NCBI GenBank assembly: GCA_002269645.1
Contig: NIVC01003071.1
Span: forward strand, 1 to 15,824
Direction of reading: 5' to 3'
Length of the DNA stretch: 15,824 bases
Source: Macrostomum lignano
Taxonomy: Eukaryota
Shown here: positions 1 to 9,059 of the stretch, piece by piece
Layout: every line of letters starts with the position of its first letter
Position numbering within the stretch: position 1 is the first letter of the stretch
Position numbers and translations under genes: made by a program
Notes under the pieces: generated by a model
What the model saw: the letters and a program-made list of their open reading frames with translations, nothing else
What the model was told of the DNA's origin: nothing
Databases searched by the model: none

Positions 1-49
1 CTGCAAAAGAACCCACACGGCAGACAGTCTGCACGCATCGATTGATTAG

Positions 50-880
50 TCGAAACTGGAGGCCGGCACAGAACCGAGTGGTGGTGGAGGCGCTACAGTC
101 TTGCTGAGCCTGTCAGCGAGCAAGCGCATCCCCGTTTTGACCTCTTCTGGCAGACTATCATAGTATGTCGACTATCACAGCAAGCTGCATGCGGCTGAAG
201 CTGCTGCTGACGACGGAAACGATGAAAGTGTCGCCCGAACCAAACCGCGTCGGCAGCATCAGCAGCAGCGAAAGTTGTCATCTTTGGCAGCGTCTGCGGT
301 GGTTGTGGCGGCTACGGTCAAAGCGGCGGCGGCGGTGGCGGCAGAGGTGACTGAGTTCGAAGCGGCAGCATTTAGTCAGCCTTTAAAGCAGCATCAGCAA
401 AATGCTGCAGTAGACAAACTGGACCCGCGGTTTACGGCAAGGTGGCGGCCAAACAGCTAGCCATTTTGAAGATATGTTCTTCGACGAGGAGACCGGTATT
501 CGCGACCGGCAGGACGCTGGTTTCCGAAAGGAATGGCAGTTTTACAATCTGGCGATGACGGCGTTGGCCAGAATGAACCCAAGCGCCGGCTTTCGCGATG
601 CCTCATTCTGGTTGACGGATCTAAGGCAGGCTGCCAGAGGTCCGGTCCTCGTCAGAGAGCTTTAGGAACGGCACGCATCCGGGCTGAGGCAATCGTCAAG
701 TGCGTCAAATATATGCTCGATTATATAGACAACGACCCGGCGCGACTAGCAGCTGTCATTTCATCATTGTGCGTTGGCCCGTGTTTGTGGGGGAAATCAC
801 GTGCACCCAGACCAGACCCCTGCCTCCTCTGGACAAAACCCATGCGCCAGTTGCTAAAAAAGCAACAGAGCCACCAATGA
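50..880 (+). pseudogene. Unidentified degenerate coding remnant (Ala/Gln-rich part followed by a globular-looking part)
   Basis: Frame 2 is nearly open 50-460 (one stop) with poly-Ala/Gln/Gly. Protein-like text continues by frame switching through ORF 474-665 (FEDMFFDEETGIRD..KEWQFYNLAMTALARMNP) and ORF 533-880 (LGTARIRAEAIVKCVKYMLDYIDNDP). No family recognised. Confidence 0.3.
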
Positions 881-950
881 CTCGCAGCGGGGGATCTTGT
901 TTTCGATGGTGCAATATTTTCTCTATATATGCGAGCCCCCTCATGCCTTG

Positions 951-974
951 GTTCAGATCAGTTCAGTTCAGTTC
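951..974 (-). repeat. Short (TGAAC)n microsatellite, possible 3' tail of a minus-strand LINE/SINE
   Basis: Plus strand gttcagatcagttcagttcagttc. On the minus strand it follows an A-rich tract (aatataaagaaatgaaac), the layout of simple-repeat retroposon tails. Confidence 0.35.
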
Positions 975-1917
975 GTTTCATTTCTTTATATTAAGACGCA
1001 GAGGGGAGGCCCCTTGCGCGCACGCGCTCGCAGAACAGGCGGGAGGGGCAGGCAGCAGCAGCCTGCGGGGTCAGCTAAAGCGCTTGCAAGTCAGCGATGA
1101 GGCAGTTCGTTAGAGTGGCAGAGCGGGCCTGGCCCCACGGCGCAATGCTCGGTTGGCCATTTCGATCATTTCTTTAGCTCTGTTCTCTCTCTCCAGTAAA
1201 CGCAGTTCTGCAATTGCCCTATTTCTCCCATTGTCCTGACTCAGTTCTCATCCTAAACCAAGACCTCTGAGTCTGCTCTGAGGCTAACACCGTCCTCCCA
1301 GTCGACCCACTGAGCCCGACAGGATCTGCTGACTATTAGTCTGAAATCGCTAATCTGCCTGAAAGTGCTGTGTTCGCTTGTCTTTGTTATTTCGTTCCGA
1401 CGGGTCCTCACCTCACCGAAGGCTGAGATCCGAAGGGACTGGTGGCAGCAACTACCAACGCTACTGATAAATAGATTCCTGAGAAAACCCAAGAGCTCCG
1501 TGCTAGCACAACTTGAGAACCACAGATACAACATAGGTGGCAGCCGTGAGATTTAAAGACCGATTTTAAAAACACTACTTGTGTCGACCATAGATCTTAG
1601 AACCAGTCAGCTGTTTAGGCTGTAGGGTTAGTGGGACTATAAATACATCGTAAATTCCTAGTTTTTCCACGAGAAAAAACTTGAAAGGAACTGATTTAGA
1701 CTTCCCTCGCGTTCAAGCGAAAACCACTAAAGTTGAAGCGGGATAAATATTTATAAACTCACCCAGCCAATATAATTAAAACGGGGACTACATCATGGAT
1801 GAAGGAATAGAAAGGATGGCTCATCTGAAAGTGAGTCTATGGCCAAGGCTTCCTAAAAATTGGGTTATTCCCCATGAATTTCATTGGCTGCTTGAATTTA
1901 ATAATCAAGTCATGACA

Positions 1918-1930
1918 CTTTTCCCCTCTC
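1918..1930 (-). promoter_or_regulatory. Polypurine tract (plus-strand priming site) abutting the 3' LTR start
   Basis: Minus strand reads GAGAGGGGAAAAG then TGTCATGAC (LTR-type TG start at 1917), about 20 nt after the pol stop at 1950-1952. A CCAAT-like AGCCAATG follows within 35 nt. Confidence 0.75.
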
Positions 1931-1949
1931 AGAAGAAGTCCGCTCCCTA

Positions 1950-2140
1950 TCAATCACAGCTCCCGAGTTGCGAGTAGGTCAGCTTCTCAGGTGGCCGTCG
2001 CCGGCGTGCAGGCTGCAGTCCGCAGGGCGCGTCTGGCGGCTCCGGCTCCGGGTCCTCCGCGCCGGTCCCGGTCGAGTCCGCAGCCTCAGCTGCCTCGGTC
2101 CCGGCTGCTGGACCGTCAGGTTCGTCGCTCTCGACTCGCC
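1950..2140 (-). pseudogene. Pol C-terminal low-complexity tail (frameshifted from the integrase frame)
   Basis: Acidic/Pro-rich tail ending ARRRRPPEKLTY, the typical R-x-R-R-P-P-x-x-L-x-Y end of Gypsy pol. It is in a different frame from ORF 2116-4002. Confidence 0.65.
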
Positions 2141-3840
2141 GCCCGCAGTTGGTCGGCATGACGGCGCCAGGTCAGGCCGTCGCTCGTTTCGACTCGGAAG
2201 CTCAGCGGCCCAGTCTGCTCGAGAACTTTTGCTGGTTGCCAGGCCGCCGCATTAGGCCGGTAGTCCCTGGCCCAGGCCTCCGACCACGGCTCCTCCGGCA
2301 GCTCCCGCGACCGCCGGTCGTGCTGTCGTTTCTGGGCAGATTGCTCCCGCAGTACTCGATCCCGAGCTGACGGCCACAGCAGGTCCATTCGAGTCCGGAG
2401 CTGCCGCTTCAAGAAGAGCTCCGCTGGTGTCCGGCCGGTCGTTGGGTGCGGGCTAGCTCGGTAGCCCAGCAGCCAGTTGCACAGGCGGATGTGGAGGTCC
2501 GGCTGACTGCTCCGTGACGCCTCCATGGCCATCTTGAACGACTTCACCAGCCGTTCCACAAGTCCGTTGGTCTTGGCGTGATATGGACTGCTTCTTGTGT
2601 GGCGAATTCCATTTGCTTTGCAGAAATCGCTAAATCCTTGGCTGATGAATGCTGGACCGTTGTCCGATGCCAGTTCTCTCGGCAGGCCCCATTGTGCAAA
2701 CAACACTCGCAGCTTGCGAACCAGCTCGGCCGATTCGAGTGTTGACACGGCCTCCACATGCGGCCACTTTGAGTGCGCGTCGACTACGAGGAGAAACTGG
2801 CGGCCTCGAACCGGCCCGGCAAAGTCAACGTGGATGCGGTCCCAGGGCTGGTCTGGCCACACCCAGGGGTGCAGTGGAGCCAGCACCGGACGCAACTTAA
2901 CGGATTGGCAGGCTTGGCAGCTGCTGGCAACCGACTCGATGTTAGCATCCATTCCTGGCCACCAGACGGAGGTTCTGGCGACACTTTTCATCCGGGCCAT
3001 GCCGAAATGTTCCACGTGTAACTCGCGCAGAACTCCAGGTCGCAACGCTTCCGGAACCAGTACGCGAGTTCCCCAGATCACGCAGCCGTCTTCCACGCTT
3101 AGTTCTAGTCGACGACGAAAGTAGGGCTTGAGCCGCGGCGGAACCAACTCTGGCCAGCCAGTCATCATCCGGAGAACATCTCGGAGCTCGTCATCTTGCT
3201 TCGTTGCTGCCGCTACATCCGCCGCCGTCAATGGGAACTCGCCCGTCAGCTGACAGACCCGATCGTCGTCGTCTGGGCTGTCGTCCTTCATCTGCAGGGG
3301 CAAGCGAGACAGGCCGTCTGCGTTGCTGTGCTGAGCAGTCTTGCGGAACCGGATGCTGTAGCTGTACCCTGACAGCAGCAGTGCCCATCTCTGAAGTCGC
3401 CCTGCTGCAGTCGGGGAGATGCCAACCTTCGGTCCGAAAATCGTCAACGGTTTGATGATTTGATGATCCGTAATTATCGTGAAGCTCCGGCCGAACAGGT
3501 ACTGGTGGAACCGCTTGATAGCGAACACGATGGCGAGGCCTTCTTTCTCAATTTGCGAGTAATTTCGCTCCGCTGCTGACAGAGTCCTTGAAGCAAAAGT
3601 CACCGGCCGTTCCGAGCCGTCCTCCATCGTGTGGGACAGCACCGCGCCAATGCCTACCGATGAAGCATCCGCGGCCACCACCACTGGAAGCTGCTCGTTG
3701 AAATGCGTCAGCACGCTGTCCGAACTCAGTTCTTGCTTAAGATGGTCCCAGGCTCGGTCCTCCGTCTCAGCCCACCGCCAGTCCGTCTCCTTCCTCAACA
3801 GTTGATACAGAGGAGCAGCGATCGTGGAGAAGTCTTGACA
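2116..3840 (-). pseudogene. pol: Gypsy Pol: RNase H, HHCC zinc finger and integrase core
   Basis: RNase H motifs ADASSVGIGAVL, RNYSQIEKEGLAIVF, TDH, NADGLSRLP. HHCC finger LHVEH..CQAC. Integrase D,D35E motifs HVDFAGP, SDNGPAF, NGLVER. C-terminal WRRHADQLR. The first ~50 aa of the listed ORF are out-of-frame text. Confidence 0.95.
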
Positions 3841-4045
3841 TGTCGAGCATAGTAGTTTGCGAGGCCCAAGAATGATCGCAGCTCTGATACTGTCGCTGGC
3901 TTCGGGCTGTTGACTATTGCTTCCACCTTCTGAGGTAGCTTCTTGACTCCGTCCTTGCTCAGCAACGAGCCCAGGTATTCGACTTCTTGCAGAAATTTGC
4001 ACTTGATTCGCTTCAGCCGCAAGCCCGCCGCTCTCAGCCTGGTCG
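3838..4045 (-). pseudogene. pol: Gypsy Pol: RT thumb/connection segment between two 1-bp frameshifts
   Basis: TRLRAAGLRLKRIKCKFLQEVEYLG..KVEAIVNSPKPATVSELRSFLGLANYY. Frame breaks lie near 4045 and 3838. Confidence 0.9.
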
Positions 4046-5488
4046 TACCTCGCGAAGCGCTGCTAGGTGCTCACTCATTGACGGACTGGAGACCAGGATG
4101 TCATCAATGCGGAAACAGACTCCCGGCACGCCCTTCAAAAGTGTTTCCATCAGCCTCTGGCAAATCGCAGGTGCCGAACTGACGCCAAATGGCAACCGGA
4201 GGTACTCGAAAAGCCCTTTATGCGTGTTGATGGTCGTCAGCTTGCAGCTCTCTTCGTCGAGTGGAAACTGAAGATAACATTGTGACAGATCGAGTTTTGA
4301 GAACAGCTGACCCTGTCCCACCTGCTCGTAAAGCTCTTCAGGCGTAGGCAGCGGGTATTGGTCGATGTGGAGCTGAGGGCTCAACGTCAGTTTATAGTCG
4401 CCGCACAGTCGGACTGAGCCGTCCGCCTTGAGTACCGGAACCACTGGCGTAGCCCACTCGCTGTAGATCACCGGGCGGATGATGCCTTTGTTGAGCATGT
4501 CCTGGAGCTCGAGCTCCAGCTTGTCCCGCACTGCGAATGGCACGGGTCTGGCCTTGCAGAATCGAGGCTGTGCGTCACTTTTGAGTCTCAGTGCGACTGT
4601 CTGATCCTTCAACTGCCCCAGGCTCTCGTCTAAAACATCAGCGAACTCCTCCAGCATTTGGTCGAGAGGCCCGCTGTTCTGCGCCGGCGCCTGGCTGATC
4701 TGGTTGGCAAACAACTGAGTCCAGTTGAGTCGCACTTTTTCCAGCCAATTGCGTCCTAGCAATGGGCAGGCTCCGGTCTGACTGGTGACCACCAGCGGCA
4801 GCTTATCATGCTGTCTTCCGTCGTAGTTGACCCTGACCTCGGCTGTTCCCTTGACTTGTATTGGCTCGCCCGTCCAGGTCCGGAGTCGCAGGCATGTTAG
4901 TGTCAGCGGAGGTCGGCCGAGCTGCTTCCACACCGACTCCGGTACGAGGCTGACGCAGGCACCGGTGTCCAGCTGCATGGTGAGGGACTGGTCATTTATC
5001 AGCAGGCTTACGCTGATTTTCTTGGCCGATGCAGTGACTTGCGAAATCCAGCCAGTTGCTGCTTCCTCCTCCTCTTCCGTTTGCATTGCGTGCGCTGGTC
5101 CGTTCTCTGGCCGTCCGGCTTTCGTTGTACTGGAGGCTTTCTTGGCTGAGCGGAAAACTTTCTGCAGGTGTCCAACTTTCCCGCAGTTGTGGCACTTTGC
5201 GGTCCTGAAGTGGCAGGCTGCCGACAGGTGGCCTTTGAATCCGCACCTGTAGCACGCCTTAGAGTCTGGCGCTACCTGCTGGACTGAGCTGACCTCTGAG
5301 CTCGATTTCCATTGCTCAGTTTCCGACTTTGCAATCTCCGCCGCGAGGGCAATTTTCTTGGCCGCATCCAGCGTGAGCTTCTCCTCCATCAGGAGTCGCT
5401 GCTGGGTCCGCTGGTCCCGAAGACCGCAGACGAAACAGTCTCGGAGAGCTTCTTCTCGAAACCCCCTGAACTCGCACGAATTTACCAG
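4034..5488 (-). pseudogene. Gypsy Gag C-terminus (zinc knuckles), aspartic protease and reverse transcriptase
   Basis: The frame is open upstream of the listed Met: SCEF..EALRDCFVCGLRD..QQRLL (gag). Knuckles CYRCGFKGHLSAAC and CHNCGKVGHLQKVF (last Cys lost). Protease LDTGACVS. RT motifs WATPVVPV, CGDYK, LDLSQCYLQ, RLPFGVSSAP, RIDDILV. Confidence 0.95.
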
Positions 5489-5494
5489 AAGTAA

Positions 5495-5760
5495 ATCTAC
5501 TTTCGGATAATGCTTAAAAACGGAACTGAACTACGCTCGATAAGATATAAATGCGAAGAATTGCGCTGCCTGCCACCGTTGAAAGAGGTCCAGTGCCGCA
5601 GGTGCCAAGGCCTCGGCCACCTTGAAAGCCGGGGGGAGGGCGGCTGCTCAGTTCAGGTGCAAGTGCGCTAGGGAGCATTTCTCAGGAGACTGCCTAATGG
5701 ACACGGGCTTTAAGTGCGCGAATTGGGGCCTCGATCACTCAACCTTCTACAAATTCGAGA
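5495..5760 (+). pseudogene. LINE ORF1 C-terminal zinc-knuckle region (degenerate)
   Basis: MLKNG..RYKCEE..PP..VQCRRCQGLGH, then RCKCAREHFSGDC and KCANWGLDH. This is the three-knuckle pattern of Jockey/I/R1-type ORF1 proteins, with frameshifts. Confidence 0.75.
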
Positions 5761-6237
5761 AATTAAATAAAATTACCTAACAAGCTGGAAACTGAGCGTG
5801 AGCATAGCAGAGTAATGGAGCTTAGAAGAAAATTTAGTCAGGGGGCTTTAGACATAGACAGGGGGATCCTAGTTAAGGCCCGGGACTTCAGGAGATCTTT
5901 CCGGTGTACTAGGTCAGTGGGTTGAGAGTAGCGATCCTGCGACCACCCAAACTGCGCCTGCTACCAAGACTGCGGACTCTGCAAGCGGTGAGCAGGGTTT
6001 TTATTAAAGTGAGGTCCTGGAGATAGTACTGAGGGCCCTCAACAGGCTTAAGGAGATCAATCCGGGTAAATCGCTTACTACATGGGAAGCAAGCCAGCTT
6101 GCAGCCCGTATATTAAGGGAATTTCTGGCGACTTCTTGTGCCCAAGAGAGCCCGCAGTCAGGTAGGTGAAGCTGAAGTCACCTCGGTGTGCGGAACCGAG
6201 TCCTGAACTGACTTTAAATAATTTATTTCAATTCGCA

Positions 6238-6960
6238 ATGGCTACCAATAATACAAACGATCCCTGCTACCACCTCTGGCCACCCTAATTCTAACTTACC
6301 CTCAACATTGGGAACATTAACTGTAATAAGCTGAGCAACAAAATCTGAGATTAAAATGTGGCTGTATATAATGAGGAAATTGACATTGGTCTCTTTCTGA
6401 AACTCATTCTAACAAAAATAACGTTTTTGTCCAAGGGTACGCCATCATCAGGTACGATGTACCTGAGTGTCGCAGAGGACTGGCAGTTGCCTATTTAAAC
6501 ACCCTAAATCTCAGGCGTTAACAAATACTTTGACAACTCCAACTATGAATTCGTTTTAATGTCCACCTTAACAATAAAACCATCGATATCATGCAGGTGT
6601 CTCTACTGTATAGGGCCTCCACCACTGATAGGCTTAATTTGGACATCCTAGAGCACCTGCTTGCTTACCCCAAATCAATTCTCATGGGGGATCTGAACTG
6701 TCGGCATCCCATCCTGGGCAGTGACAGCGCTTCCCCGGGAAACAGTTGATTGAACGGCTGGAACACCACCATGGCCCTCCTGCGATCTTCAATTCCTTTG
6801 GTGATCTTTGGTCCCTGGTATCTGGTGATTAACTATAGGGGAGGGAACGCGTCAGAACTAGGAATTTGCTCTCCCAAACTTGTTCAGCTTGTTAGTGAGG
6901 TGCTGGTAGGTTATGACATCGACAGTGATCACTTCCTAATAGTTACTAAAGTTTATCTAG
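6238..6960 (+). pseudogene. LINE ORF2 apurinic-like endonuclease domain (degenerate)
   Basis: Ordered APE motifs across frames: LNIGNINC, SETH, RGLAV, LYR, ILMGDLNCRHPILG, and DIDSDHFLI (in ORF 6750-7127). Several stops and frameshifts. Confidence 0.85.
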
Positions 6961-7547
6961 ATCCCAACTCTGAGTTAGCCCATAAACGACCAAGAGCTTC
7001 TGGTGCGCTGATTAGGAAGCCTTTAGGTATTCCCTCACAGATAAACTTGAAAATTGTAGAAATATTCGGTCACGTATTTTTACTCTTAACCATTAGCCTC
7101 CCGCGTCTATTTTTGCTCACCCCATAGCCTCATGTAGCAGCTCTGCTGCTATAGATGTAAAAGCTGAAAAATTCTGCCAGATCAAGTTTTCACCCCACTC
7201 CCTCTCATAGGGCTGTCAAAAAATGGAAACATTAGTAGGCATCAGTAGGAAGTAGTGTGATGGGGTGAAAATATCGTTAAATCCCTGCGAAGCTCTTTTC
7301 CGGGATGTATTTTTACCATAGACACAAAACACCGAGCTAGAATTTGTATTTTTCGGGTTGTATATTTTATATTTCATTCTGGATGACAAAAAACGAGATT
7401 ATGAATATAACTAACTGGAAAACGAAAATTTCGGGTCTTATTAGTAGGCAGCAAAGTAGCTTAGTTTACTTAGATTAGTTGGTTAGTTTCGGCTTAAGGT
7501 TAATCAGTTTTTAGTTACTAACAGTTGGGTTCATTGCATGCTTGTAA

Positions 7548-7890
7548 TCAATTTTTGATGATGACTGAGCAGTTATTAAAACTGAAATTCAGCTGACGCT
7601 CACCGCGGACGCTAGCTGCGTCTGTCTCAGCCTCACGTAGTATTTTAGCGTCCAATACAGCGCAGGAATTGGCTATTTGAATGTCGGACGTCCGCTTGTA
7701 CGTGCGGACTCCAGCCAAACTTCGGTGGCCTGTTCGTTCCATTATTTGCTGTTCTTCAACGCCAGCTTGGTAAAGACGTGTAGCACACGTAGCGCGTAGA
7801 CTATGATTAGTCTTGTGGCCAGAAATCTCGGCTTCAGTGCACATTTCATGCAGAAACTTTGCCAGGGTGTTTTTGCCAATTGGACGATTC
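7548..7890 (-). pseudogene. Crypton-type tyrosine recombinase C-terminal catalytic fragment (DUF3504/ZMYM-like)
   Basis: RPIGKNTL..M..A..SGHKTNHSLRATCATRLY.AGV.EQ.IMERTGHRS..GVRTYKR, i.e. the H-x-x-R, H/W and Y catalytic residues, plus the typical FSFNNCSV tail. There is an in-frame stop upstream, and the N-terminal catalytic Arg region is absent. Confidence 0.9.
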
Positions 7891-8088
7891 GAGGACGATT
7901 GTTATGGAGTGAGGCTTTCCAGCTATTTATCTGTCCTCTGTCTGTCTTTATAAAATATGTCTATGGTATAGAATACACCCCCAATACAGTATTGATGTCT
8001 ATGGCCAATTTGCGGGTTGTAATTACATACAACCCGGAGAATTTTTACTAGCTGTTATATAAATTAGCGGGTTGTATTTTTAGCGCAT

Positions 8089-8257
8089 GAATTTAAGTGA
8101 GATGACACATAGAGTTGAGGGATGTATTTATTTAAGCCCGAGGGCCGCAGGCTCGGGCCGCAGGCTCGGCCGCAGGGGCCGCAGGCTCGGCCGCAGGGGC
8201 CGCAGGCTCGGCCGCAGGAATTTAAGTGAGATGACACATAGAGTTGAGGGATGTATT
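8089..8257. repeat. Perfect 40-bp direct repeat flanking a GC-rich GGCCGCAGG(CTC) tandem array
   Basis: gaatttaagtgagatgacacatagagttgagggatgtatt occurs at 8089-8128 and 8218-8257. Between the copies are aagcccgag and about six ggccgcagg units. Confidence 0.95.
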
Positions 8258-8369
8258 ATCTTATACGTATAAGTTGCTTGCATTATAATTCTAGCTTCAT
8301 ACACAGCTGTGTATGGCTAGCAGATCGAGTTGTCGGAGTCTGCTAAAATAGCTACCAGCCACTTCCAGA

Positions 8370-9005
8370 AGCAGGCCAGGATTGGTGTGAGCGTGAGAGC
8401 TTTACATCGACAAACCGAATTCAAAAGTTTTACCATAGACATGTATTGCCTCGTATATTCATCTTATTCACTGCGTATTGAAATGAGAAAAACATTGCAA
8501 GCATAGAGATCCAGACATCTCTATGCTCGACATAGACAATTTTTTTTGGTTATCGCAGTCATGAATGCAATAGTTTTAATACGTTCTCTGCAAAGCTTGT
8601 GCGACTGGACAAACGCTAGAGCAGACAGGGCTGCTACGCAAATTAAAAAAGAAAGCTGCATTGAAGCAGCAGGTGTTGAACCCACCATTCAACACCTTTT
8701 CTAGGCGTGGGGATCTGCCTGCCGTGAGATAGTGGATCGGCGAGCTTAGCCTCTAGTCTAAAAACCGTCTACATGCTAGACAGTGCTGGCACGGCCAACT
8801 GTGTGCAAGTTACAAGGGCTCAGCGAGGCGGTCAGGAGCAGCAGCTGCTGAAGGCACAGACAGCTTTGGACTATTATCAAAGCATGAGAGGAGTGGACAG
8901 GACGGACGCTAGTTGTGAGCCGTACAAGACAAGTAGAAAAACAGAAGTGTTTTTTCAAGCTGGGTTCCTGTCTCTTGCTGCAAATTGTTTGCAACTCCTT
9001 TTATT
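8370..9005 (+). pseudogene. piggyBac transposase central/C-terminal remnant
   Basis: Strong part 8700-9000: FSRRGDL.AVR, KTVYML, RGG, DYYQSMRGVDRTD..PY..RKT, then after a frameshift KCFFKLG..LLQ..CNSFYY (PGBD pattern DYN..MGGVD..D..Y...RK..KW.KKL). Weaker upstream matches: KQARIGV, RHLY/IDNFF. Confidence 0.75.
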
Positions 9006-9059
9006 ACCAACAAGCGCATTCGCGGATCCCGCAGTTCTTGCACTATTTAGAAGCATGTC

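Larger units (their letters stand above)
1917..5488 (-). mobile_element. Ty3/Gypsy LTR retrotransposon, 5'-truncated and frameshifted
   Basis: Domain order gag-PR-RT-RNaseH-IN (Ty3/Gypsy order) on the minus strand. A polypurine tract is followed by TGT at 1917. Gag homology stops near 5488 and no 5' LTR or PBS is seen. The left boundary (extent of the 3' LTR below 1917) is unresolved. Confidence 0.95.
5490..7127 (+). mobile_element. Decayed non-LTR retrotransposon (LINE, APE-type), truncated on both sides
   Basis: ORF1-type triple CCHC region followed about 500 bp later by an APE endonuclease remnant. No RT domain and no 3' tail in the window. Confidence 0.8.
7301..8260. mobile_element. Probable internally deleted Crypton-like element with subterminal repeats
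   Basis: The YR fragment is bracketed by inverted TACCATAGACA (7314-7324 and 7958-7968) and by clusters of GGG(A/T)TGTA at 7302, 7355, 8014, 8028 (rc), 8069, 8119 and 8248. Boundaries are approximate. Confidence 0.4.

Noticed and set aside
1171-1196. Polypyrimidine tract plus CAG as a splice acceptor of a host gene
   Set aside because: No credible downstream exon or matching donor; may be retroelement UTR sequence.
2149-3455. Multiple long overlapping ORFs (e.g. 2597-3124 +, 2649-2900 +, 3204-3455 -)
   Set aside because: Shadow frames of the GC-rich pol coding sequence; no motifs.
3830-4050. Programmed ribosomal frameshifts in pol
   Set aside because: The breaks fall inside RT rather than at the gag/pol boundary, and no slippery heptamer is seen.
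4827-5494. ORFs 4827-5252 +, 4992-5255 -, 5312-5494 +
   Set aside because: Alternative or antisense frames of the Gypsy gag-protease region.
8087-8272. 61-aa ORF with RRLGRRG repeats, and a CRISPR-like reading of the 40-bp repeats
   Set aside because: The ORF is a translation of the repeat. There are only two repeat copies, the 89-bp interval is itself repetitive, no cas genes are present, and the context is eukaryotic.
8671-8760. tRNA or tRNA-derived SINE (GTGGGTTCAACACC B-box-like; 10-7-10 hairpin at 8671-8697)
   Set aside because: No cloverleaf or convincing A-box, and it lies inside the piggyBac remnant.
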